A stretch of 64,000 nt of DNA from an uncultured Alphaproteobacteria bacterium (GTDB lineage: Bacteria > Pseudomonadota > Alphaproteobacteria > RF32 > CAG-239): NCBI GenBank assembly GCA_947630965.1, contig CANRJO010000004.1, forward strand, positions 3,143 through 67,142, read 5' to 3'. The position numbers and the translations under genes were made by a program. The notes under the pieces were generated by a model. That model was not told the DNA's origin and did no database searches. It saw only the letters and a list, made by a program, of their open reading frames with translations. Shown here in pieces: positions 37,539-46,422 of this stretch. Each line of letters starts with the position of its first letter. Positions within the stretch are counted from its first letter, which is position 1.

Positions 37539-38785
37539 GAAAGCACATCATTTTTTTGGTTGCGCTTGGCACCATATTTTTGTTCTCTCCTGACAATACC
37601 TTTGCGCAGGCTGTCATCAAGTTTGATGCGGCCGGCACGGCATCTAACGTGAGCAAAACCATCACAACCGCCGGCAAAGCTGCGGGCGATACCATAGATA
37701 CAGCCATTAAAGCAAAAGAACAATTAACAATTTTAGATAAAGTAAAAAAGTGGTATGAGGTACAAAAATCGCGCCTTGAAGCCATTAAAACAACGGTGGA
37801 AGCCGGGCAGGAAGCTTATCAAAGCGCGGTAGATGTTGGTGAAACGGGCATAGACCTTTATGAAGATAAAAAATCAGAGATAGAAGCAGAAATGAATGCC
37901 GCCATGTCGGGTTCTGTTGGGAATGCCGCTCAAATAAGAAGAGACATACAAGAGCTAAACAAACAAATGGAAGAACGAAAAAATGTTTTAACAGAGGAAA
38001 ACACGGCAAAAACCAAGGCTGCACAGGAAAATTATGAAACCTTGCAAACTTTATTAAATAACGCAAGCGATGATGAAACACGTGCCAAAATTGAGGCGCA
38101 AATGTCGGCTGCGGCGCAATCAATTACAGAATATGAAGAAATTAAAAGACAACTAGAGCAAGGCGGAGATTACCTTTTAAATGATGGCGAATATCAATCT
38201 TTAGCTCAACAAAAAGCATCATTAGAACAACAGCTTGAGAACCTGGCTGTAGGCGAGCTTGAATCTTTGGCAAGCATGTTGGTGGAAAAGCTCTCCCAAA
38301 AAACGGAAGCGCAAATACAGCAAGAGTATCAGGAAGTGATTAATGAAAACTTTCTTGGCGAAACTGAGCCGATCAACTCTGAAACAACCAAGCGGATCAT
38401 GAAACATCGGCGGGAAGTTTTGCTCAAAGACATCATTCATGCATTTGATGTCGGCACGAAGAAAATGATTTCTCTGCCTCAAAAAAAGAAAACGGCAGAA
38501 AAATTGGCGGGCAACATTTTAAGGGTAGATTTATCATCATCAGCAGAGAGTCTCTTGATAGAAATGAAGATTGAGGAACTCAAAAATTTATTTGATTATG
38601 TAGAGATTCTGCTTGCGGATATGCGGCTTAAAACGGCGCGGAATATGCTTAACCAAGACTTTAAGCTGAAAGATTACACTAAAAACCCCGCGGCAATAAA
38701 TTTGGATAATTATGTTTTCACGGAAGAAGATATTCTTTCGGATCAAGATCAGTCTAGCTTTTTAGATAACGTCCAACCTAAGTAG
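37535..38785 (+). CDS. Secreted coiled-coil protein (416 aa), T4SS-associated
   Basis: Signal peptide (TFAQA); extended heptad-rich sequence; translationally coupled to its neighbours. Confidence 0.4.
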   Translation: MRKHIIFLVALGTIFLFSPDNTFAQAVIKFDAAGTASNVSKTITTAGKAAGDTIDTAIKAKEQLTILDKVKKWYEVQKSRLEAIKTTVEAGQEAYQSAVDVGETGIDLYEDKKSEIEAEMNAAMSGSVGNAAQIRRDIQELNKQMEERKNVLTEENTAKTKAAQENYETLQTLLNNASDDETRAKIEAQMSAAAQSITEYEEIKRQLEQGGDYLLNDGEYQSLAQQKASLEQQLENLAVGELESLASMLVEKLSQKTEAQIQQEYQEVINENFLGETEPINSETTKRIMKHRREVLLKDIIHAFDVGTKKMISLPQKKKTAEKLAGNILRVDLSSSAESLLIEMKIEELKNLFDYVEILLADMRLKTARNMLNQDFKLKDYTKNPAAINLDNYVFTEEDILSDQDQSSFLDNVQPK

Positions 38786-38795
38786 GAGAAAAACA

Positions 38796-41700
38796 ATGAA
38801 GAAACACTTTCAATATGCTTTAATGGTGGCACTCTTACTTGGTGTTTTATCAAGTATACCTGCAAGCGCATTTTTCCCGCTTCCTCCAGGACCCACAACT
38901 CCGGATGCAGACCCCGCAACTGATACAACAAACGGTTTGGCGTATTATATGGAGCAATTAACCAAAAAATTTAATAATTTTGCCACCCAAATGGAAGATA
39001 CGTCAAAGAAAATCCAATCATTGGAGGACAAAGCATCATTAGTTTCTTTCCTTTCTGAAAAAACAGAGGCGGCAAAGGAAACTTTAAGTGTCAAGAAAGA
39101 AAAAGGGAAGTCATCTGTTGACAGCGCAAAGAAAATAGAAGAATGCACCATCGCAGATATTAAAAGCGAAGAGTCTGTGGCTGAGGCGTTTAAAAAATTA
39201 TTTACAAAATATCCTGCAGACATTTTAAAAAAGCACCCGCTCGATTCCAAAATTGTGACAACAGCATATCGCAAAAAAGGTGTGGAATTCAGCAATGATA
39301 TCATGATAGAGGCTTATCTTGTTTCGCGTCAGCTCCAAGAGCGCATGGACGCCTTGCGTGAAGATTATAACACACTTACCGAATGTTACGTTGATGGTAA
39401 GAAAAGCAATGGCGATTCTTGTAAAGCCGCATCAGATACTAGTGATGAAGTTGGCATAATAGTGAACTATTACAGACTAAATGCTATTTACGATTCGCTT
39501 TTACGCATTGCGGAAGAACTCACCGCTTTAAATGCACAATATCGAGCAGCGCAAACCTTGCGTGAAGGTATCAGACCAATTATGCCAGAAGAAGAGGAAA
39601 ACGCACAAAATAACAGCGAGGGCGATAACAGCGAGGGCGAAAATCAGGCATTTAACTTTAGAATGGTAGAAAAAATGTCTTTTGCGCAAATGTTGCCTTC
39701 TTCATCAGGAGAAGAGCCTCAACAAAAGCAGCCTGAAGAGCAAAACAACGCGCAAAATGATGAGAAAAAAGCTTCTCCTAATGCTAGCAAGCTTGATAAA
39801 TTAAGAGACGCATTAACCCCTGTCGTCATGAAAGAACCGGAGCTGTCTTCGCTTTTAAAGGGAACAGATAAAGTGTTTGAAGATATGGCACTTTATGATG
39901 AATTGTACGGTAAGCTCAGTAACGCGCAAAAAATTCACAATTTTAAGGTTGTTATGCCGTTTTACCGTGAAGTTTTTGTGAATGTGCGTCAAATAAGAAT
40001 ATTATATGAAGAAGCCTTAAAACGTCTTAACGCATCAAAGCAATGTGCTATCAATCATTTAACGACTTATTACGGCGGTATGGACTTTGAAGCATTCTTA
40101 AGTTGGGTGCGTTCATCTTATCAGGCAACAAAAGCCCAAACCGCAGTGGAGGTTACGGAAGATGAGTTTTCGCCGCGGCAGGTAGATGATTTTGCCGGCA
40201 CAGGCGATTTATCTCAAATAAGCGAGCTAGAAAAAACTTTGCGTGTTGAGCAAGATTCCGAAACAGGAGATAGCGCGCTAAGACACCCGAGCCTGGAAGA
40301 ACCTCATGAAAAAAATGTACGAGGGCAAGAAGTTTTGTCGTGGCTTATTGGCGAGCAGGCAGTTGAAGACATTAGTGCCGATATGAAAGCTTCAGGCGTT
40401 GGGACCGATAAAAAGCCTGAGGCTGTGAATGTTAAATGGGGCGTTCCCGTCAAGCCTTACCCGCTTTGGGAAGATGAAAAATACTTTTATAAAGAGTATG
40501 TTCTTCAAAAATATAACAATATGAAAATATTTATCCGAAATCTGAATATGCGTGGCGCAGTGGCAGAAATTGTGCAAACAATGCTCGATTCTTTAGATGC
40601 AGGGGAAGAAATTGATGATGTGCCCGCTGTTGATGTTAAGAACTACGGCAATAAAGCGTTAAGCCAACTTTCCGGTAGCCTTGGCGCACCTGATAAGGAA
40701 AATGCTGATCTTGAGGAGATTAAAAAGCAAATTGATGAAAGTTATAAAAAGATGGAAGAGACTAAATTACATTATAAGGAGCTTCTTGAATCGCTTGAAA
40801 GAAAAAAGCAAGGACTTTACCAAGAATATGATAATTATAATGTGGAGCTTACTTCTCTTAAAGAAGATTATAACAACTTCATGGATGAAAAGAACAAAGC
40901 AGATGTCAATGCTCAAACGCAAGATATTGTTTTAGACATCAACCAAGAGCGCATGGATAAGAGCAAATATGCAACGGATGTTCTTGCCAATATGGCAACC
41001 GAAGATAAAAAAGTGGCTGAGGAAACATCTGCTCAAAAGCAAAAAGAAGCTGAAGCGCTTTTAGAGAAGATGGAAATATTAAGGGAAAAAATTGATGATG
41101 TTCGTGCAAGAATTGATGATATAAAGAATTTAATAGAGGCCACTAAAGACGAATTTGGTGGAGCAATGTATGGGCTTAGCAAAGAAAATGAGGATCTTTG
41201 GGAGCAGGCTTGGGAACTTGCAGCCACGCCCAAAGACGATGTCACGCTCTCAAGCGCGTTAGATACGCTTTCTGATAAATCGGGCGATTTATATGCCATA
41301 TTCTCCGATATGGTTAGCACGGCAGATAATCTTATGGCGGATGCTGTAGCTGATGCCATAAAGCGTATTGATGAAGCCTTACAGCAATATGATGAGCTTG
41401 GTAAAGATTTTTATAAGCCGGAAGAGGCGGACAAGGTTTTAAAAATTCACACCGATTTAATGCGTGATTTACAAATGCAGCCCCTGAAATCAACTTTAGG
41501 AAGTTTTGAAGATGTGGTGGATTCCTCGCAAATTCTCAGTATGGCGCAAAACGTTTTTCAAAAAACATTAATGACGGCAACTTGCCAAGGGGGGAGTTGT
41601 TATGCGCCTGATACGGAATTTTTCGTAGGCCTTCCGGCAAAGGCAAGAGATTTTACCGCGCCCAAGAAAATTGAATATACATACACACCGCCAATGCGCG

Positions 41701-42809
41701 AGATTGTCCATTTTGACACAATAGATTATGACACAGTTGTTAAAACGGTTTTAGATGAGCTCGCTCGTGATGCGTTGCTTGAATATGACGAGAGCGCGTA
41801 CTTACCGGAAATATGGCATCGAATCTTGGGACCAAAAGGCTTTGTTGAAAATAATTTTAATGCCAAAAAGATGCTAGAGGCTATTGATCCTGAAAATACC
41901 GCTCCGTTGCTTAACGGGGGTGAATATCCTTGCAAAGCGGGCAAATATATCATCGGGTTTAAAGACAATGCCCTCACCTTGTGGCAAGAAAATGACAGTT
42001 CCTTGCAAGAGTGCTCAGGTATTGAGGAAATTGAAGTGCAGTCTTCAGGTAAAGTTAACGTAAATTTTGAAAATGGCGACCAAATAGTTGGAAGAATGTC
42101 TTCAGACTTTAGCGATGAAGATGCCGAATCTATGTGCAATTCTAGTGAACTGGCAACACTTCTTTCTTATACTGGAAAGTACACTTATAATGGGAAGTTG
42201 AAAGAAATTTACAAATTCTTTGCAGAAGCTTATGATGGTAAGAATTTATCTGAAAGCGATAGCGGTAAAGTGAGAGTTTATAAAAATGCCTTACTGGTTC
42301 GCAACCAATTTGGCGATTATCTGAACTTTGTCGAGTTGGTAGAAAATTATAAAAAAGTTTTAGATGAAATGGAAGTAAAGCTTGATGAAACACGTGAAAG
42401 CATAAAAAAATCTCTTAAAGTCATAAATTATGAGCCGCCGGCAGATTTTGATTTGGCTGACAAAGCAACATATGACGAAATTATGGAAAAGCTTGAAACG
42501 GCTAAAAATGGGCTTATTGAGGAAGTTGTGCCGAAAATAAAAACAATGCATCAAGGCAATGAAGGTATGGATGAAAACATCCAAAAACTGAAGGATATGG
42601 TCAGTGCGCTTCAGCTTGATAAAGACGAGGTTGTTTCACTTTCGGATAACATGAAAGGCGATAGCGAGCTAGCTGAAAAAATTAAGTCAAAAATGGCTGA
42701 TATTGAAATTGTAAACCGCTATAATAAAGAAGCAGAAACAGCGGCGGAAAAAGAAATCAGAAATTTCGGTACGCCTTACTGCGCAAGCACATGTGATTTC
42801 GGTTCTTAG
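38796..42809 (+). CDS. Giant secreted protein (1337 aa), T4SS-associated; no internal TM segments, so not a canonical VirB6
   Basis: Signal peptide (SIPASA); long helical/coiled-coil regions; scattered Cys pairs; C-terminal CASTCDFGS. Confidence 0.45.
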   Translation: MKKHFQYALMVALLLGVLSSIPASAFFPLPPGPTTPDADPATDTTNGLAYYMEQLTKKFNNFATQMEDTSKKIQSLEDKASLVSFLSEKTEAAKETLSVKKEKGKSSVDSAKKIEECTIADIKSEESVAEAFKKLFTKYPADILKKHPLDSKIVTTAYRKKGVEFSNDIMIEAYLVSRQLQERMDALREDYNTLTECYVDGKKSNGDSCKAASDTSDEVGIIVNYYRLNAIYDSLLRIAEELTALNAQYRAAQTLREGIRPIMPEEEENAQNNSEGDNSEGENQAFNFRMVEKMSFAQMLPSSSGEEPQQKQPEEQNNAQNDEKKASPNASKLDKLRDALTPVVMKEPELSSLLKGTDKVFEDMALYDELYGKLSNAQKIHNFKVVMPFYREVFVNVRQIRILYEEALKRLNASKQCAINHLTTYYGGMDFEAFLSWVRSSYQATKAQTAVEVTEDEFSPRQVDDFAGTGDLSQISELEKTLRVEQDSETGDSALRHPSLEEPHEKNVRGQEVLSWLIGEQAVEDISADMKASGVGTDKKPEAVNVKWGVPVKPYPLWEDEKYFYKEYVLQKYNNMKIFIRNLNMRGAVAEIVQTMLDSLDAGEEIDDVPAVDVKNYGNKALSQLSGSLGAPDKENADLEEIKKQIDESYKKMEETKLHYKELLESLERKKQGLYQEYDNYNVELTSLKEDYNNFMDEKNKADVNAQTQDIVLDINQERMDKSKYATDVLANMATEDKKVAEETSAQKQKEAEALLEKMEILREKIDDVRARIDDIKNLIEATKDEFGGAMYGLSKENEDLWEQAWELAATPKDDVTLSSALDTLSDKSGDLYAIFSDMVSTADNLMADAVADAIKRIDEALQQYDELGKDFYKPEEADKVLKIHTDLMRDLQMQPLKSTLGSFEDVVDSSQILSMAQNVFQKTLMTATCQGGSCYAPDTEFFVGLPAKARDFTAPKKIEYTYTPPMREIVHFDTIDYDTVVKTVLDELARDALLEYDESAYLPEIWHRILGPKGFVENNFNAKKMLEAIDPENTAPLLNGGEYPCKAGKYIIGFKDNALTLWQENDSSLQECSGIEEIEVQSSGKVNVNFENGDQIVGRMSSDFSDEDAESMCNSSELATLLSYTGKYTYNGKLKEIYKFFAEAYDGKNLSESDSGKVRVYKNALLVRNQFGDYLNFVELVENYKKVLDEMEVKLDETRESIKKSLKVINYEPPADFDLADKATYDEIMEKLETAKNGLIEEVVPKIKTMHQGNEGMDENIQKLKDMVSALQLDKDEVVSLSDNMKGDSELAEKIKSKMADIEIVNRYNKEAETAAEKEIRNFGTPYCASTCDFGS

Positions 42810-42818
42810 GAAAGAAAA

Positions 42819-43574
42819 ATGCCTGAAAAGCTTGAAAATAACGGAATACAAAAACTAGCCATAACAGACGGGGCTGCCGCGCATTTTGATTATATCACCA
42901 CGGAAGAGGCGGAAAGACGTACGGCAAAAGAGGCTTATTATTGTTGGCTTTCAAGACTTGTGATGTTGTTGGCGGTGTTATCTTTTGGCTTTTTTGCAAG
43001 CGCGTCTTTGGTTTTGTTTCGTTTGGCGCCTGAAGTAACGATTGAGCCGTTTTTGATTATGCGGCAAGATAATTCTGAAACAATGGTGCGTTCAGAAGTC
43101 ATTTCGCCCAATATGGCTTCGGCAAACCAACTCATGGAAAATTTTGTGCGCCAATACATCACTTTGCGCAATTCCATAGTCAATGATGAGCGTGAGATGC
43201 AATCTCGTTGGTATTTAGGCGGTATGGTCAGTTATCTTTCCTCAGCCAAAGTGTTTAAAGAATTTGACAAACCGGCGCGTGAGTTATTGCGTACCGCATC
43301 ATCTAACCATCTGGTGCGAGATGTTGAAATCATATCTGTCAGCAAGGCAGGCGGTGAAAAAAGCCCGGTATGGAAAGTTGATTTTAGAACATATGATCTT
43401 TCCTTGGAAAACAGAAATGATCAAACTGGTGCCTTGGTTTTGGTCACGCGTTATTGGACAGCCTCTGTGACGGCGTTTTTCATCCCCGAGCGGATGTTTA
43501 TGACAAAGCGTTTAATGAATCCCTTAGGTTTTACCGTCACGCGTTATTCACAAGCAGAAGTTGAAATTTTGTAG
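42819..43574 (+). CDS. virB8: Type IV secretion system protein VirB8 (paralog a)
   Basis: 251 aa; N-terminal cytoplasmic region + one TM + periplasmic NTF2-like domain with C-terminal NPLGFTVTRY motif. Confidence 0.75.
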   Translation: MPEKLENNGIQKLAITDGAAAHFDYITTEEAERRTAKEAYYCWLSRLVMLLAVLSFGFFASASLVLFRLAPEVTIEPFLIMRQDNSETMVRSEVISPNMASANQLMENFVRQYITLRNSIVNDEREMQSRWYLGGMVSYLSSAKVFKEFDKPARELLRTASSNHLVRDVEIISVSKAGGEKSPVWKVDFRTYDLSLENRNDQTGALVLVTRYWTASVTAFFIPERMFMTKRLMNPLGFTVTRYSQAEVEIL

Positions 43575-43725
43575 TTTTTTCAAGGCTTTTATGCAAAAAA
43601 ATATTTTTCGAATCGCTAACTTGTTGATAAGTTGGGGATTCCTTATGTTCGAGTTAGACATTTCAAAATAAAAAGTTTAATCTACAGTTGTCTAGACATA
43701 TATTTATAAACAAAGGAACATTGCA

Positions 43726-43914
43726 ATGTATAAAAAAATCATATTGTTTCTTGCCGTTTTGTTGTTATCGGCGTGTGGTTTGTTTGGCTCTTATTATGAG
43801 CCGGAGCCTGTAGGTATCGGTAAAGATGTGAACGAGCTCAAGCTTTCGCCGTGCGCCTGTATTGAGGTGGAGCTTCCTAAAACTCTGCCGGATTGGTTTG
43901 TTGCAACAATTTAA
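43726..43914 (+). CDS. Small lipoprotein (62 aa), VirB7-like by size and position
   Basis: Signal plus lipobox LLSACG; lies between the two virB8 paralogs as in the rvh-type virB8-virB7-virB8 arrangement. Confidence 0.5.
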   Translation: MYKKIILFLAVLLLSACGLFGSYYEPEPVGIGKDVNELKLSPCACIEVELPKTLPDWFVATI

Positions 43915-43928
43915 GCTAAGAGAGTTTC

Positions 43929-44669
43929 ATGGCTGAACAGTTAGGTTCAAATCAAGGCGAACAAAAGTTGCTTGCAGGCAGGGGAACGCCACGCCGAGCA
44001 GTATCGCGTGAGCGCAACTCTTCAGAGGAAGTGATTGTCGTCAATGCTAGTGAAAAGCGCTACTTGTGGACAGCGCGTGCTTTTGCGGTCATTGTTGTCA
44101 TCAGCCTTTGTTGCAACTTAGTGTTAATATTGGCAATCATGCAGCTTGTGCCTCTTTATCGTTTAGAGCCCTTTATGCTCACTTTTGAAAACAAAGAGGA
44201 ACAGGTCTATGATATTGTTCCACTGAAAAATATGGAAGATCAAAAAGGTATAACGGAGGTTTTTGTCCGTGAATATATCTTAATGCGGAGCGCTTTCACA
44301 GGTGATGTTGCTGAAATGGAATCGCGTTGGATGCCGGGCGGACCTTTGCAGGAAATGTCCTCTTCTTCTGTTTATCAGTCATTTGTTGATCGGACGGCAA
44401 AGCCGGCGCTAGATCTCATTCGGACAAAAGGTCTTGTGCGTTTGGTGCGTATCATGACTGTCAACGAACTTGGCCGCGGTTTGTGGCAGGTTGAATACGA
44501 AACACGTGATATGTATCCTGATTCGGCTGCGCCGGAAATCAATTATTGGACAGCCTCTTTGCGGGTGACGTATCGTAAGAAAAATGTCAAATTCGGCGAA
44601 CGTCTGAACAATCCCATTGGGTTTACCGTCACACGTTATTCGCTTTCACGCAATAATCAGGCGGAATAA
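43929..44669 (+). CDS. virB8: Type IV secretion system protein VirB8 (paralog b)
   Basis: 246 aa; one TM (FAVIVVISLCCNLVLILAIMQLV); C-terminal NNPIGFTVTRYSL motif. Confidence 0.7.
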   Translation: MAEQLGSNQGEQKLLAGRGTPRRAVSRERNSSEEVIVVNASEKRYLWTARAFAVIVVISLCCNLVLILAIMQLVPLYRLEPFMLTFENKEEQVYDIVPLKNMEDQKGITEVFVREYILMRSAFTGDVAEMESRWMPGGPLQEMSSSSVYQSFVDRTAKPALDLIRTKGLVRLVRIMTVNELGRGLWQVEYETRDMYPDSAAPEINYWTASLRVTYRKKNVKFGERLNNPIGFTVTRYSLSRNNQAE

Positions 44670-44685
44670 AAAATAAGGTGTAAAA

Positions 44686-46422
44686 ATGGAACGTTATTTT
44701 ACAAAATTAAGTTTAGTTATAAGTATGGTTTTAGCATCAGCTTCCGCATATGCGCAGGCAACCATTGACAGCCTCAATCAAAATGCTGATCAAAGCCAAG
44801 GAATGTACCAACCAATGAATATGGGCTATACGGGCATTTCTTCCTTAGGTATGACCCAAAGCGCCTGGCTTGATCCGTTGCAAAATTTGGGCGAGGGGCA
44901 ATCAAAGCCGGCATATTCAAAATATTATTGGTCACCTGATCTGGTTTTGCCAATCAGACTGCGTGAAGGGATGATTACGCTTTTAAATTTTCCGCAATGG
45001 GAATTAGTGGAAGATGTTTATATTGGTGATAGCAAAACTTTTGACGGACGCATTTCCGGCCCCAACACGCTTTTGCTTTACCCGAAATCAGGTGCCATGG
45101 TTGGTGTAGATACAAACATCATTGTTTTCGGACGTTCAGGAAACAAATATGTGTTTTATGCCAGAAGTGAGGGCATTAACACCGAGCGCTTAACAAACTC
45201 CATTATTGATATTGAGGTTATAGACGCTGCTTCCCCACAGGGAAAAGCGGGCACGGGAAACGGATCTAGTAGAGTAAACGCAAGCGCTTACAGAGGTGGT
45301 AATAACCTATCGGTCGATTCTAATTTCACAAAACGCTTTCAAAAGGATGACTGGATTCAAAGCATTCCCTTGGATCCAACCCAATTTAAATTTGATATAG
45401 AGGTTTACGTTCCCAACCCTGATGATGTTGTGATTGCACCAGAGCGTGTATGGCGTGATGATATTTTCACATACATTGATTTAGGCGAAAAAGCGCTGAA
45501 TATGGTTCAACGCCCAATTGTCACGTTGATTGTTGAGCGTGTGGAAACGCCTGTCGGGTTTAGGGCAAAAGGACCGAACAATCGGCTGATTATTGTTGAA
45601 GGCGTTGGCGATATGGTTTTAAGAAACGGCAAACGTATTGTATGCTTAAAGTTACGCCGCTCCGATGACGCGGACATCAACCCCACATATTACAACAATC
45701 CGGATGAATGGGATGTTTCTGAAAAATTACCGCTAAGCATGAACAATGTGGCAGGCTCGGCGGGGGCTCCTGCAGCGGCAGCGTCTTCTGCAAACGCGGC
45801 AGCAGCTTCTTCGACTCCTGCTCCGGCAGCAAGTGGCGCGGATTTAGATGATGACGAAGAAGATAACAGTTGGTTGGCAAAATATTACACACCGCCGGCA
45901 GGTTCGGGCTCAAATGCTGACAAAGACGGCTTTAGCTTGGCAAAAGATTCTTCTGTCGGACAAGAGGCATTGGTTGGGGAATATAATGAAAAAGTCGGTG
46001 CAGACGGCGAACTCTTAATTCCGCAATATCTCCAAGATCCGTCCAAAACGGTAGATTACAGCAAAATGCACAAGTTGCCTCATCTGCAAGCCGATTCGAA
46101 TAAAGATGTCAGCAACCTCTTATCATCATACGGCTATGGCAGTGGTTTTGCTGATGCTGAGTTTGGCAATATTTCAGTGGAACTTGGCACAGACGCTGAT
46201 GTAAACAATCTTGAAGGTTTGTGGAATGATTTAAGCGGTCGTTACACGAAGTTACTTGGTTCTTATCAGCCTTTTTATTCGGTTGATGCGCCGGCAGACG
46301 GTCAAGGGCGCGAGCTTTACCATCTGCGTATAGGACCAGTGCCTTCCATTGAAAAAGGCGATAAAATATGTTCTCAACTAGGGCGTAACGGTGTTTTCTG
46401 TAGTGTAGTCAGAGTGCAATGA
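44686..46422 (+). CDS. virB9: VirB9/CagX/TrbG-family outer-membrane core protein, extended (578 aa) by an Ala/Ser-rich linker and a C-terminal SPOR-like peptidoglycan-binding domain
   Basis: Signal peptide (SASAYAQA); VirB9 N-domain; C-terminal RELYHLRIGPVPSIEKGDKICSQLGRNGVFCSVVRV resembles SPOR. Confidence 0.65.
   Translation: MERYFTKLSLVISMVLASASAYAQATIDSLNQNADQSQGMYQPMNMGYTGISSLGMTQSAWLDPLQNLGEGQSKPAYSKYYWSPDLVLPIRLREGMITLLNFPQWELVEDVYIGDSKTFDGRISGPNTLLLYPKSGAMVGVDTNIIVFGRSGNKYVFYARSEGINTERLTNSIIDIEVIDAASPQGKAGTGNGSSRVNASAYRGGNNLSVDSNFTKRFQKDDWIQSIPLDPTQFKFDIEVYVPNPDDVVIAPERVWRDDIFTYIDLGEKALNMVQRPIVTLIVERVETPVGFRAKGPNNRLIIVEGVGDMVLRNGKRIVCLKLRRSDDADINPTYYNNPDEWDVSEKLPLSMNNVAGSAGAPAAAASSANAAAASSTPAPAASGADLDDDEEDNSWLAKYYTPPAGSGSNADKDGFSLAKDSSVGQEALVGEYNEKVGADGELLIPQYLQDPSKTVDYSKMHKLPHLQADSNKDVSNLLSSYGYGSGFADAEFGNISVELGTDADVNNLEGLWNDLSGRYTKLLGSYQPFYSVDAPADGQGRELYHLRIGPVPSIEKGDKICSQLGRNGVFCSVVRVQ

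Noticed and set aside
38796-42809. Calling the 1337-aa protein a VirB6
   Set aside because: Its position matches rvh VirB6 paralogs, but I could find no hydrophobic TM segments after the signal peptide. It is left as a T4SS-associated secreted protein.
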